A stretch of DNA of 35,692 nt, taken from contig JAGBWO010000266.1 in NCBI GenBank assembly GCA_017629765.1, positions 1 through 35,692 of the forward strand, given 5' to 3'. The stretch comes from Opitutales bacterium (GTDB lineage Bacteria; Verrucomicrobiota; Verrucomicrobiia; Opitutales; Intestinicryptomonadaceae). A program made the position numbers and the translations under genes. Every line of letters starts with the position of its first letter. Position 1 is the first letter of the stretch. This document shows, in pieces, positions 9,280-22,642 of the stretch. The notes beneath the pieces are model-generated. The model was not told the origin of the DNA. It saw only the letters and a program-made list of their open reading frames with translations, and made no database searches.

Positions 9280-9356
9280 ATGCGTGGGCAAAACGGCATT
9301 TTAAGGCTTTTTCGCCGTTTTCTTTAAATTTATTTTTTCCTCTTTTAGCTGAAAAT

Positions 9357-9384
9357 AAAAAGGAGACTGCTTTTTGCAATCTCC
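9357..9384 (-). terminator. Intrinsic terminator of tpx
   Basis: Minus strand GGAGATTGC-AAAAA-GCAGTCTCC-TTTTT; the G-U pair works only on this strand. Confidence 0.7.
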
Positions 9385-9425
9385 CTAAAAAGAATTTTCC
9401 GACGGGTGGATTTGGAAACTAAAGC

Positions 9426-9929
9426 TTATTTTAAAGCGTTTAACGCCGCCTCGTAGTCGGGTTCCTGCGTGATTTCCGAATTTAAGGCGCAGTAGGAAAC
9501 CTCGCCCTCTTTTGAAATTATAACGATTGCGCGCGCAAGCAGGCCTTTGAGCGGACCTTCTTCAATTAAGATTCCGTAATCTTTCGCAAAAGAGCTTTCC
9601 CTGAAATCCGACAGCGTTTCGACGTTTTCTATGCCTTCGGCCGCGCAAAATCTGCCCTGGGCAAAGGGAAGGTCTTTTGATATGCAAAGCACTTTTACGT
9701 CGGGGATTTTTGCCGCAAGCTCGTTGAATTTTCGCACGCTCGCCGCGCAGACTCCCGTATCTATGCTTGGAAATATATTTAGAAGAAGCCGCTTGCCGCA
9801 TTTGCCTTCAAATGAAAACTCGCCCAAGTCTTTTTTTACGAGCTTAAAAGAAGGGGCTTTTGCGCCCTTTGTTATGAATTCGCCGGCAAGCTTGCAGGGC
9901 GTTCCCTTGAAATTTACTTTATTAGCCAT
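9426..9929 (-). CDS. tpx: Thiol peroxidase (atypical 2-Cys peroxiredoxin)
   Basis: LNIFPSIDTGVCAASVRKFN, ISKDLPFAQGRFC, EITQEPDY motifs. Confidence 0.97.
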   Translation of the reverse strand: MANKVNFKGTPCKLAGEFITKGAKAPSFKLVKKDLGEFSFEGKCGKRLLLNIFPSIDTGVCAASVRKFNELAAKIPDVKVLCISKDLPFAQGRFCAAEGIENVETLSDFRESSFAKDYGILIEEGPLKGLLARAIVIISKEGEVSYCALNSEITQEPDYEAALNALK

Positions 9930-10004
9930 AAATTTTTTATCGGATTGTCCCGCCGGTTTTTAAAAATTTATTTACAAGAGGCGGCGAATTTTTAAAGTGT
10001 TTTT

Positions 10005-10622
10005 ATGAAATATTTTATCAGCGCCATTTATGCGGGGCTTATGATTGCGTTTGGCGGCGCGGTCTATGTCGCTTCCGACAACAAATATGCCGGCTCTTTT
10101 CTGTTTTCATTGGGGCTTTTGACGGTGGTTTTGCGCGGTTTTGACTTGTACACGGGAAAAATCGGCTATCTGACGCTTGCAAAGTCGGATTCTTCGGTTT
10201 TCAACGTTGCCAAGGCTCCGTTTTACTATCCCATAATAATTTTCGGCAATTTTGCGGGCGCGTGGCTTTTGGGAACTGCCTTGCGTTGCACGCGTTTTTC
10301 GGAAGCCGTGATTCAAAAGACTTCCGCATTGTCTGCCGCCAAGCTCGGCGATTCCCCTTTAAGCATATTCATCCTTTCCGTCGCCTGCGGAATTATGATG
10401 TTTCTGGCTGTTGACGGCTACAAAAAATCGCAAAACTGGCTCTTTGTGATATTGCCTGTAATGGTGTTTATAATTTCAGGCTTTGAGCACAGCGTGGCAA
10501 ATATGTTTTATTTTTCCGCCGCCGATGTTTGGGATTCAAAAACTGTTTTCTATGAATTTTTGATGATATTGGGCAACGGGGCGGGCGCGATAGTTTACCG
10601 CGTTTGCGAAAAATTGAAATAA
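10005..10622 (+). CDS. Formate/nitrite transporter (FNT) family protein, short form
   Basis: AGLMIAFGG, DLYTG, GNFAGA, FIISGFEHSVANMFY, LGNGAG motifs; hydrophobic. Confidence 0.9.
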   Translation: MKYFISAIYAGLMIAFGGAVYVASDNKYAGSFLFSLGLLTVVLRGFDLYTGKIGYLTLAKSDSSVFNVAKAPFYYPIIIFGNFAGAWLLGTALRCTRFSEAVIQKTSALSAAKLGDSPLSIFILSVACGIMMFLAVDGYKKSQNWLFVILPVMVFIISGFEHSVANMFYFSAADVWDSKTVFYEFLMILGNGAGAIVYRVCEKLK

Positions 10623-10626
10623 GGGG

Positions 10627-11391
10627 CTATTTTACAATCCTTGCGGGAAGCCCCGCCGCGAGCATCGCTTCTTTTGCCTGGCTTATGGAGTATGTGCCGA
10701 AGTGGAAAATTGAAGCCGCCAAAACCGCGCTCGCCTTTCCGTATTTTACCGCGTCGACAAGATGTTCGAGCTTGCCTGCGCCCCCCGACGCGATGACGGG
10801 AATGCGCACCGCCTCGCTAACCGCTCTGGTAAGCTCTATGTCGTAGCCGTCTTTTGTGCCGTCGGCGTCCATTGAGGTTAGAAGAATTTCTCCCGCGCCG
10901 CGTTTTTCGACTTCTCTTGCCCATTCTATGGCGTCAAGCCCTGTTTTGTTGCGTCCGCCGTGCGTGTAAACGCCCCATTTGCCGTTTTCCTCCCTTTTGG
11001 CGTCTATTGCCACGACGATGCACTGGTTGCCGAATTTTGCGGACGCCTCCGAAATCAAGTTCGGATTGGTTATTGCGGAAGTGTTTAGCGAAACTTTGTC
11101 TGCGCCGGCGTTCAGCATTGCCCTGATGTCTTCGATTGTGCGCAGCCCTCCGCCCACGGTAAGCGGCATAAAGCATTGGCTTGCGGTGCGCTCCACGACG
11201 TCGCGCATAATCGCCCTGCCGTCGCTCGAAGCGGTGATATCCAAAAAGACGAGTTCGTCGGCCCCCTGCGCCTCATAGGCTTTTGCCTGTTCGACGGGAT
11301 CGCCCGCGTCAATCAAATTTACGAAATTTACGCCTTTAACGACTCTGCCTGCGTGCACGTCGAGGCACGGTATAATTCTAACGCTTAACAT
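10627..11391 (-). CDS. hisF: Imidazole glycerol phosphate synthase cyclase subunit
   Basis: [52 protein letters not shown]. Confidence 0.98.
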   Translation of the reverse strand: MLSVRIIPCLDVHAGRVVKGVNFVNLIDAGDPVEQAKAYEAQGADELVFLDITASSDGRAIMRDVVERTASQCFMPLTVGGGLRTIEDIRAMLNAGADKVSLNTSAITNPNLISEASAKFGNQCIVVAIDAKREENGKWGVYTHGGRNKTGLDAIEWAREVEKRGAGEILLTSMDADGTKDGYDIELTRAVSEAVRIPVIASGGAGKLEHLVDAVKYGKASAVLAASIFHFGTYSISQAKEAMLAAGLPARIVK

Positions 11392-11393
11392 TT

Positions 11394-12815
11394 TTATTTA
11401 AAGGTCGGATCAATGTCCAAAGTTTCGTTGGGGTTTAGTGTGAGTTCGCCGAGATTTGACGGGATTTCATCGTTTAGCCATATCGAAATTTTCACGGGTT
11501 CCGATATGATGCCTTCGCATTTCCATTGGTATTTGCCTATTTCAAGCAGATCCATTGCGGTTCCTTTTTCTTGGCTCAGGCCCGCGCCGTTTCCGCGAAT
11601 GTATGGAATGTTGCCTATGCCCAAAAAGGCGTTCGCAACCACGGCGGTGTCTCCGTTTTTGATGCGTTGCGGCTTATGCGCCTGCGGGAGTTCTTCCTCC
11701 GGAAAAAGAGTGTCTTCGCGGGCGATTTTTTCTTCGTACCTGCCAACCCCTTCGCTCACTTCCCTGTAAGTTTCGGTTTTTTCCAAGTCTTCAATGGAAA
11801 TTGACGAGGCGGTGTCGGAAGCGTCCTGCTTTTCAAGGGGAACTTCCATTCCGTTTGACTCTTCGGGGGCGTCGCCCTGCCTGTTTTTTTCTATGAAGCG
11901 CGAGACGGTTTCGCGCGTTGAAAAGGTTTGGGAATTTTGGAATGCCTTGTCGAGCATTCCCGACCATTTGGGGTTTCCCTTTGTTTTGCTTTTGGGCTTT
12001 TCTTCCAAAATTTCTTCTTCCGCTGAAATCGGCTCTTCGTCTTCGGGGTCTTCCATTTCTTCTTCGACATCGTCGTCTTTGCCGAAGTCCCCGTCAAAAT
12101 CGCCTAAATTTTCATCTTCGTCTTGATTTTCATTTTCCGCTTCTTCTGTTTGTTCTGGAGTTTCTTCCGAATGCGTTTCTTCGCTTGCTTCTTCAAGCTC
12201 GCTTATTTCTTCGCCGAAGCTGTCAGCCATATTTTGGAGCTTTTCGCAGATGTCGTCCAAAATTTGGAATTTGCTTTCCGATTTTTCCGACAGCGTTTCG
12301 ATTTTCCCGTTTAAAACTTCCATCTCTTCCGAAAAATTCGATTTTTCGGCAAGCCTGCCGAAATCGTCTTTCAATGCGGATATTGATGAATTGAGGCTTT
12401 TCAGCTCTTCTTCAAATTTTGAATTGCCGTTTTCTTTTATCAGGGCGAGTTTTGCGTCAAGCGACGCGGCAAGCGCGTTTAGGCTTTCTATTTCCTCGCC
12501 TGCAATGTCGATTTTTTTCATTTGCTCCATCAGGGCGTCGCGCAAGGTGCGCAAATCCGCGAATATTTGGCGGATTTCCGTTGAGGATTTAAGCGTCCGG
12601 CTTTGCTCTTCGGATTTTTTTTGTTCTCGGAAGTTTAAGACGACGGGAACAAGCACCATGAACATTGCTATTAAGACAACCGCCGCCAGCGCAAAAGTCT
12701 GTCCCGATTCAAGGGGTTCTTTCAAGAGTATGTTGGGCAAGGCGATTAAAAAAACCGCCAGAAACATTAGAGCGTCCGCCGCGAACAGGGGGAGCATCGA
12801 AAATTTCTTTTGCAT
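11394..12815 (-). CDS. Hypothetical membrane-anchored protein: two N-terminal TM helices, coiled coil, acidic linker, compact C-terminal beta domain
   Basis: 473-aa ORF tightly packed between trpS and hisF; hydrophobic N-terminus, E/D-rich middle, C-terminal [16 protein letters not shown] motif. Confidence 0.8.
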   Translation of the reverse strand: MQKKFSMLPLFAADALMFLAVFLIALPNILLKEPLESGQTFALAAVVLIAMFMVLVPVVLNFREQKKSEEQSRTLKSSTEIRQIFADLRTLRDALMEQMKKIDIAGEEIESLNALAASLDAKLALIKENGNSKFEEELKSLNSSISALKDDFGRLAEKSNFSEEMEVLNGKIETLSEKSESKFQILDDICEKLQNMADSFGEEISELEEASEETHSEETPEQTEEAENENQDEDENLGDFDGDFGKDDDVEEEMEDPEDEEPISAEEEILEEKPKSKTKGNPKWSGMLDKAFQNSQTFSTRETVSRFIEKNRQGDAPEESNGMEVPLEKQDASDTASSISIEDLEKTETYREVSEGVGRYEEKIAREDTLFPEEELPQAHKPQRIKNGDTAVVANAFLGIGNIPYIRGNGAGLSQEKGTAMDLLEIGKYQWKCEGIISEPVKISIWLNDEIPSNLGELTLNPNETLDIDPTFK

Positions 12816-12839
12816 GGAGGTGTTTCCTTTTTTATGTTT

Positions 12840-13874
12840 TTATTTTGATGAAATTGCGTCGACGTAGCCCGCCTTGCGATATACTTTCGACATCATTTTG
12901 TCGGCTCTGCGCTGGGCGGCGGCGGCTCCGCGTTTCAGCACGCTTTCCAGATATGCCTTATCGGTCATAAGCTCTTCGTATTTAATGCGTATCGGGTCGA
13001 ACTTCGCAATGACTGCGTCGGCAACCGCTTTTTTAAATTCTCCGTATTGTTTTCCGATAAATTCGTTTTCTATGTCTGAGACGGACTTGTCGCTGACGGA
13101 GCTCATTATGCTTATTAAATTGGATATGCCGCTCTTCCCTTCGGCGAATTTTACCTCGTTTCCGCTGTCGGTGACCGCGCTCATGATTTTTTTGCGCAGC
13201 ACGTCGGGAGTGTCTATCATATACAGCGAGCCGAGCGCGTTTTTATCGGACTTCGACATCTTGGCGTCGGGGTTTTGAAGCGACATTATTCTTGCGCCCG
13301 TTTTGGGGATGTATGCTTCGGGCAGGTTGAATGTAGGCGAATATGTGTTGTTGAACTTCTGTGCAAGATCCCTTGCAAGCTCCATGTGCTGTTTCTGGTC
13401 TTCGCCTACGGGAACCAAGTCCGCGTTGTATATCAATATGTCGGCCGCCATCAAAACGGGGTAGAACAGAAGCCCGGAGCCGATTGAAGCTCCGCCCGAG
13501 CCTTCTGCGAGCTTGCGCGCCTTGTCTTTGAACTGCGTCATTCTTTCAAGCTGTCCGATTGGGCATAGGCACGCCAATATCCAAGTAAGCTCGGAATGCC
13601 CGCGCACGTTGCTTTGAATGAACATATTGCATTTGTCGGGATTAAGCCCGCACGCCAAGTACTGCGCCGCGCACATGTATGTGTTTTTGCGAAGCTCTGC
13701 GGGGACATAGGGCATTGTGATTGCGTGCATGTCGACTATGCCGAAGTAGCATTCGTAATCCTCCTGCATTTTAACCCATTGGCGCACCGCGCCTATGTAG
13801 TTGCCCAAGTGCAGTTTGCCTGTCGGCTGGGCGCAAGTTAGAACGACTTTTTTTTGCAAAGTTTGATTTTCCAT
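12840..13874 (-). CDS. trpS: Tryptophan--tRNA ligase
   Basis: QPTGKLHLGNYIGA (HIGH-like), VPVGEDQKQH, KMSKS. Confidence 0.98.
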   Translation of the reverse strand: MENQTLQKKVVLTCAQPTGKLHLGNYIGAVRQWVKMQEDYECYFGIVDMHAITMPYVPAELRKNTYMCAAQYLACGLNPDKCNMFIQSNVRGHSELTWILACLCPIGQLERMTQFKDKARKLAEGSGGASIGSGLLFYPVLMAADILIYNADLVPVGEDQKQHMELARDLAQKFNNTYSPTFNLPEAYIPKTGARIMSLQNPDAKMSKSDKNALGSLYMIDTPDVLRKKIMSAVTDSGNEVKFAEGKSGISNLISIMSSVSDKSVSDIENEFIGKQYGEFKKAVADAVIAKFDPIRIKYEELMTDKAYLESVLKRGAAAAQRRADKMMSKVYRKAGYVDAISSK

Positions 13875-14053
13875 TTTCTTATAAAGATAAAATGCAATTA
13901 AAACGCCTGTTTTTCAATAGTATTTTTTCCAAAAAGAATCGGAGTAAAAAATTGAAAAATCTGATTTTGGAGGCGGATTTTCTTTTATGTTGTTTTATGG
14001 ATGATTTCCGGCGGCGCGATGTTTTTCATGAAGTCCGTTTGTTGATTTTTTAG

Positions 14054-14082
14054 TTGACGAGGTTTTTTATGAGGCGTAGCTT
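14054..14082 (+). promoter_or_regulatory. Candidate sigma70 promoter of nifJ
   Basis: TTGACG-N17-TAGCTT about 120 bp upstream of the start codon. Confidence 0.5.
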
Positions 14083-14203
14083 TAACAGCATCATAGAATA
14101 ATGTCGCATTGTTTTTTCTCGAAACGGCAATGCGATTTTATTCGCGTTTTTACCCCCCCTGTTTGAGGGAATATTTCAAATACTAATCAAATATAAAAAA
14201 CAT

Positions 14204-17737
<3,534 letters not shown>

Positions 17738-17758
17738 GCATTCCGTTGAATGTTTTGC

Positions 17759-17793
17759 AAACGCCCGCAAGCATAAAACTTGCGGGCGTTTTT
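17759..17793 (+). terminator. Intrinsic terminator of nifJ
   Basis: AAACGCCCGCAAG/CTTGCGGGCGTTT perfect stem plus T-run. Confidence 0.85.
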
Positions 17794-17870
17794 GTTTTGA
17801 TTTTTGCTAAAAAACGTTTTGTCGCCATTTTGATATTGCAAGATTTTTTGCGAAATTTTTTAATCGAAGA

Positions 17871-18806
17871 ATGAAAAGAATATGTTTTTCACTCTTGTTT
17901 TTTTGCGGACTTTGCTCTTTCGCAAACATAAACAAGGAAATTGAAAACCGCGCGGACTTGTCCGATTTTGACACCGCGCCGTTCATCGACATTTGGAAAT
18001 CCGGCAAAATGCCCGGCAAGGTAAGCGCAAAGGGCGCGGAAGTAATGAAGGGCGAATTTGCAAAAAACAACCAGCGCAAGGGATTTGTGTTTGAAAACGT
18101 CTCAAAGCCGCAAATCCAGTTTTACGACGTCGGGGGCGCGGAGAATGCTCCCGCAATGTTAGTTTGCCCGGGAGGGGCTTACCTTAGCTTGCAGTATTCA
18201 AACGAGGGATTGAGAGTCGCCAGATTTTTGAACACTCTCGGCATAAAGGCGTTTGTTTTAAAGTATCGCGTCCCCTACAAAATGAACGAGCGCGACCCGA
18301 TAAACATGGACGCCCAAAGGGCAATCAAATATATCCGCCACAACGCAAAAAAATTCGGGATAGACCCGAAAAGAGTGGGTATGATAGGCTTTTCCGCAGG
18401 CGGAAACCTGACGGCGTGGATGTCCTGCAACTTCGACAAAAAATTGTACGAGCCGACGGATAAAATCGACCGCCAGTCCGCGCGCCCCGACATTGCCTGC
18501 CTGATTTATCCGCATCTTTTGAACAAGGGTTCTACTTACGCTCCGTCGGAGGAGATGATTGTCCGCGAAGACACGCCGCCCTCGTTTGTGGTGCACGCGC
18601 AGGACGACGGCGTTCCGATGGCAAGCTCGCTGTCTTACTTAATGCAGCTTTATGAAAAGAAAGTTCCGCTTGACGTTCATTTTTTCTCTAAGGGCGGACA
18701 CGCGTTCAGTGTCATAAATATGCGCGGAATTCCGATAGACGGCTGGACCGATATGCTGATAAAATGGCTCGCCTACCGAAATTTCATCGATAAAGACAGG
18801 CAATGA
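17871..18806 (+). CDS. Secreted alpha/beta hydrolase (acetyl esterase or carbohydrate esterase-like)
   Basis: Signal peptide; CPGGAY oxyanion motif, GFSAGG nucleophile elbow, HAQDD and GGHAF completing the triad. Confidence 0.88.
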   Translation: MKRICFSLLFFCGLCSFANINKEIENRADLSDFDTAPFIDIWKSGKMPGKVSAKGAEVMKGEFAKNNQRKGFVFENVSKPQIQFYDVGGAENAPAMLVCPGGAYLSLQYSNEGLRVARFLNTLGIKAFVLKYRVPYKMNERDPINMDAQRAIKYIRHNAKKFGIDPKRVGMIGFSAGGNLTAWMSCNFDKKLYEPTDKIDRQSARPDIACLIYPHLLNKGSTYAPSEEMIVREDTPPSFVVHAQDDGVPMASSLSYLMQLYEKKVPLDVHFFSKGGHAFSVINMRGIPIDGWTDMLIKWLAYRNFIDKDRQ

Positions 18807-18959
18807 TTTTTTGTAAAAGCCTTTTTTGAAAGTTGGAAATTGTTTTTGCGGCAAAACCGACGTCAGGCGGATGCTGTCTAAAATACCAAGAACCGGCTCC
18901 TTTAACGCTTTCCTCGCAGTGTCAAAAAGCAATCTTTGCTCTTGATTGTTTGGAATCAT

Positions 18960-18996
18960 AAAAAAAGTCTAACACGAAATAGTGTTAGACTTTTTT
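18960..18996. terminator. Bidirectional terminator between the hydrolase and tRNA-Leu
   Basis: AAAAAAGTCTAACAC-GAAATA-GTGTTAGACTTTTTT perfect hairpin with A and T tails. Confidence 0.85.
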
Positions 18997-18997
18997 A

Positions 18998-19081
18998 TAC
19001 CTGGAGTGGGGGTCGAACCCACATGAGCCAAAACTCGACGGATTTTGAGTCCGTTGCGTCTGCCAATTCCGCCATCCAGGC
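18998..19081 (-). tRNA. tRNA-Leu(CAA)
   Basis: GCCTGGATGGCGGAATTGGCAGACGCAACGGACTCAAAATCCGTCGAGTTTTGGCTCATGTGGGTTCGACCCCCACTCCAGGTA; long variable arm, anticodon CAA, CCA not encoded. Confidence 0.97.
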
Positions 19082-19250
19082 AAAATTTAAAGTTCAGATA
19101 AGATTACTTTTTTTGGGATGTGTCAAGGCTTTTTAAATATTTTTTTGTTTTTTCTTTTCTTTGCACGTCTTTTGCTTTCTTTAAAAGTTGACAACATATT
19201 TAATAGCCCTAACATTTTTCTCTTATTTATTACAGAAGAGAACTTTTATT

Positions 19251-20570
19251 ATGAAAACAAATATCGAAAAAATTAACGATACAAGGCGTAAAATTGTGGT
19301 TTCTTTTGATTCGGCGGAAGTGGCAAAAGAAAAAGAAGGCGTGGTTGCGGAATTTGTTCAATATGCTAAAATTCCCGGTTTTAGGGCGGGCAAGGCTCCG
19401 AAAGACATGGTTTTAAAGCGTTTTTCAGGCGACATAAAAGCCCAGCTTGAACGCGCCGTCACAAACAAGGCCGTTGAAGCCTTGAACGGCATCAAAGAAT
19501 TTGACTTGTTTGCGGTTGTCGATTTGCAGAATAACGATATTGAATCCGCGGAAGGCGCGGCATTGACTTTCACCGCCGACATATATCCCGAAGTAAAGCT
19601 TCCCGAAGACTACAAGACCGAAGTCGAGCTATCTCCCGTGGAAGCCACAGAAGACGAAATCCAAAAGACTGTTGACTTTTACCGCAACCAGCGCGCCCAG
19701 TACAACAAGATTGAAGACCGCGCGGCTCAAAAGGGCGATTTCGTGCAGGTTTCATACGAAGGCAAAATCGACGGCAAAAGCATTGACGAGCTTGTCGAAA
19801 AGCCCGCGATGTACGGCAAACAGAAGGGTACTTGGGAGGAAGCTGGCAACACAGACATTCCCGGCGTTCGCTCGATAATCGAAGGCGTTGTCGGAATGAA
19901 AGTCGGCGAAAAGAAGAATGTCGAAGAAGTTTTTGCGGCGGATTTCCCCGAAGCCGCGCTTGCGGGCAAAACTGCGGTTTACGAAATCGAACTTAACGAA
20001 ATCCGCGAAAAGAAGCTTCCCGAAGTTGACGAAGCTTTCTTGAAAGATATGGGCGACAAGACGGAAGCCGATTTCCGCGCGCGCCTTGCAAAGGACATCA
20101 CTGCCGAAAAAACGCAGCACAACGAAGTTTTGAAGCGCCAGTACGCGGTGGATAAGCTCATGGAAGGCGTCGATTTCCCGCTTCCCGAATCCGCACTCGA
20201 AGAAGAGCGCCAGTCTGTTTTGCAGGAAATGATGATGCGTTTTATGTCTTCCGGCGCAACTAAGGAAGACTTGGAAAAGAACAAGGAAAGCCTCTTTGAA
20301 AACGCCACGAAAGAAGCGGAGCCGCGCGCGAAAATGCGCATTTTCCTAAACCGCGTTGCGGTCGCAAACAATTTGAAGGTCGACAACGAAGACATGCAGC
20401 GCATGCTTTGGCAGGAATCAGTGCGCACCCGCACCCGTCCCGAAGAGCTCGTAAAGCAGCTTAAAAAGGACCAGGCGCGGGTAAACAGAATGCGCTCCGA
20501 CGCTCTCTTGCAGAAGGCAATCAATTTCATCGCCGAAAAAGCGGAAGTTAAAATCGTTGAAAAGAAATAG
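19251..20570 (+). CDS. tig: Trigger factor
   Basis: IPGFRAGKAP ribosome-binding motif, FKBP-like middle domain, tig-clpP-clpX order. ATG 19251 is preferred over the track's TTG 19188, which is part of a TTGACA box. Confidence 0.96.
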   Translation: MKTNIEKINDTRRKIVVSFDSAEVAKEKEGVVAEFVQYAKIPGFRAGKAPKDMVLKRFSGDIKAQLERAVTNKAVEALNGIKEFDLFAVVDLQNNDIESAEGAALTFTADIYPEVKLPEDYKTEVELSPVEATEDEIQKTVDFYRNQRAQYNKIEDRAAQKGDFVQVSYEGKIDGKSIDELVEKPAMYGKQKGTWEEAGNTDIPGVRSIIEGVVGMKVGEKKNVEEVFAADFPEAALAGKTAVYEIELNEIREKKLPEVDEAFLKDMGDKTEADFRARLAKDITAEKTQHNEVLKRQYAVDKLMEGVDFPLPESALEEERQSVLQEMMMRFMSSGATKEDLEKNKESLFENATKEAEPRAKMRIFLNRVAVANNLKVDNEDMQRMLWQESVRTRTRPEELVKQLKKDQARVNRMRSDALLQKAINFIAEKAEVKIVEKK

Positions 20571-20614
20571 CTTTTCAAAAACGGTTTTTTGCCGAATAGA
20601 AAATCTCAAAAGAT

Positions 20615-21211
20615 ATGAGTTATTATAACATACCATACGTTTTCGAGCGCGACGGCAGAAGCGAGCGCACTTGGGATATTTATTCGCGCCTGTTGAAAGA
20701 CAGAATCATATTCATCGGCACCCCCATTGACGACTATGTCGCCAATGCGGTTGTGGCCCAGCTTTTGTTCCTTCAAATGGAGGACTCGAAGAAAGACGTC
20801 CATCTTTATATCAACAGCCCCGGCGGTTCCATTACTGCGGGAATGGCAATTTACGACACCATGAACTTTTTGCAGTGCGACGTTGTTACATACTGTGTCG
20901 GACAGGCGGCAAGCATGGCCACGGTTTTGCTGTCCGCGGGAACAAAGGGCAAGAGGTACGCCCTGCCGAATTCGCGCGTCATGATTCACCAGCCGAGAGG
21001 CGGGGCGGGGGGCCAGACTTCCGACATCACTATTGCCGCGAATGAAATTTTGCGCTGGCGCAAGACTTTGAACGAAATTCTTGCGCGCAACACGGGCAAG
21101 TCTGTCGAGCAAATTGAGAAAGATTCCGACCGAGATTTCTTTATGTCGGCTACGGACGCCTTGAACTACGGTATTGTCGACAAGGTTATCGAAGTCAAGC
21201 CTCGCTCATAA
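20615..21211 (+). CDS. clpP: ATP-dependent Clp protease proteolytic subunit
   Basis: [34 protein letters not shown]. Confidence 0.98.
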   Translation: MSYYNIPYVFERDGRSERTWDIYSRLLKDRIIFIGTPIDDYVANAVVAQLLFLQMEDSKKDVHLYINSPGGSITAGMAIYDTMNFLQCDVVTYCVGQAASMATVLLSAGTKGKRYALPNSRVMIHQPRGGAGGQTSDITIAANEILRWRKTLNEILARNTGKSVEQIEKDSDRDFFMSATDALNYGIVDKVIEVKPRS

Positions 21212-21213
21212 AT

Positions 21214-22440
21214 ATGGACAAGGAAAACGAGCCAAGGTGCAGTTTTTGCGGCAGGGGAAGAAGCGAAGTTTCCAACTTCTTTTCCGGCAAGGACGGATCT
21301 TTAATATGCCCTTCGTGCGTTGAGGCGCTTCATAATATGCTTGAAGTGTACATGAAGCAGTCCAAGCGCGAGGAGCAGAAACAGGCGTTGAATTTTAATT
21401 TGAAAAGCCCTTCCGAAATAAAGAGGGCTTTGGATGAATATATAATCGGGCAGGACGATGCCAAGAAGGTTTTGAGCGTCGCGGTTTACAACCACTATAA
21501 ACGCTTGAAATCCAAGATTGAAGGCGATTCTTCAAACGGGCTTCTTGAAAAATTCAAAGATGTGGATGTCGAAAAGAGCAATATTCTGCTCATAGGGCCA
21601 ACGGGAAGCGGAAAGACTTTTCTTGCCCGCACTCTCGCCCAAATGCTCGACGTTCCGTTCGCAATTGGGGACGCAACTACGCTAACTGAGGCGGGCTATG
21701 TCGGCGAAGACGTCGAAAACATCGTTTTGAATTTATTGCGCGCGGCGGATTTTAACGTGGAAAAAGCGCAGTGCGGCATTATCTACATTGACGAAATCGA
21801 CAAAATCGGCAGAAAGACCCAAAATGTTTCGATTACCCGCGATGTCGGTGGAGAGGGTGTCCAGCAGGCTCTTTTAAAAATATTGGAAGGCACTGTCTGC
21901 AACATTCCGCCAAAAGGGGGCAGAAAGCATCCCGACCAAGAGTACATTCGTGTCGATACCCGCAATATTCTCTTTATTTGCGGCGGCGCGTTTGTTGGCT
22001 TGGATAAAATCGTGGAAAGGCGCTCAACCAACAAGGTTTTGGGCTTTAACGAGAGTGTTCCCGGTTCGGAAAGCGGGCGCGACGTCCTAAAAAATGTTCA
22101 GCCCGAAGACTTGACCCAGTTTGGTTTTATACCCGAATTTATCGGAAGGCTTCCGATGGTCAGCGTATTGAACCAGCTTTCCCGCGACGATTTGATAAAC
22201 ATATTGACGAATACAAAAAATTCCTTGGTGCGCCAATTCGGCAAACTTTTCGCCTTCGATGGCGTCGAGCTTGAATTTACCGACGGCGCGGTTGCCGCGA
22301 TTGCCGACAAGGCTATTGCGCTCGGAACAGGCGCGAGGGCTTTGCGTTCGATTATGGAGGGCGTGATGCTCGACATAATGTACAAATTGCCCGACAATCC
22401 GCAAAAGAAGGTCGTCATAACGAAAGACGATATAAAATAG
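21214..22440 (+). CDS. clpX: ATP-dependent Clp protease ATP-binding subunit
   Basis: CSFCG..CPSC zinc finger, [25 protein letters not shown]. Confidence 0.98.
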   Translation: MDKENEPRCSFCGRGRSEVSNFFSGKDGSLICPSCVEALHNMLEVYMKQSKREEQKQALNFNLKSPSEIKRALDEYIIGQDDAKKVLSVAVYNHYKRLKSKIEGDSSNGLLEKFKDVDVEKSNILLIGPTGSGKTFLARTLAQMLDVPFAIGDATTLTEAGYVGEDVENIVLNLLRAADFNVEKAQCGIIYIDEIDKIGRKTQNVSITRDVGGEGVQQALLKILEGTVCNIPPKGGRKHPDQEYIRVDTRNILFICGGAFVGLDKIVERRSTNKVLGFNESVPGSESGRDVLKNVQPEDLTQFGFIPEFIGRLPMVSVLNQLSRDDLINILTNTKNSLVRQFGKLFAFDGVELEFTDGAVAAIADKAIALGTGARALRSIMEGVMLDIMYKLPDNPQKKVVITKDDIK

Positions 22441-22460
22441 CCAAGCTTAGCTCTTTTTTT

Positions 22461-22495
22461 ACGCCGAAAATTCTTATGGTTTTCGGCGTTTTTTT
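22461..22495 (+). terminator. Intrinsic terminator of tig-clpP-clpX
   Basis: ACGCCGAAAA/TTTTCGGCGT stem plus T-run. Confidence 0.8.
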
Positions 22496-22560
22496 GCGTT
22501 TTAGGACATCGAACAATTTTGGCAAGTTATTTAAAGTAAAGTGATTTGTGAAATTTTTTA

Positions 22561-22632
22561 AAAAAATCTTGCAATTTGTGTTTTCGGGTATAATTTTTAA
22601 AAAAGTTTTATTTTAATTATATCTATATAAAT
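22561..22632 (+). promoter_or_regulatory. Promoter/leader of PEP-CTERM gene 1, paralogous to 24821-24900
   Basis: CTTGCAA...TTCGGGTATAAT...AAAAGTTTTATTT...TATATAAATT; the same blocks recur before gene 2. Confidence 0.6.
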
Positions 22633-22642
22633 TGCTTGCAAA

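Noticed and set aside
18936-19136. 66-aa plus-strand ORF
   Set aside because: It runs antisense across tRNA-Leu and its terminator.
19188-19250. N-terminal extension of trigger factor from TTG 19188
   Set aside because: The TTG belongs to a TTGACA promoter-like box, and the recognisable protein starts at ATG 19251.
22517-22535. Canonical sigma-54 -24/-12 promoter before the PEP-CTERM genes
   Set aside because: TGGCA is present but the conserved GC at -12 is replaced by AA here and at 24803-24821; kept only as a shared motif.
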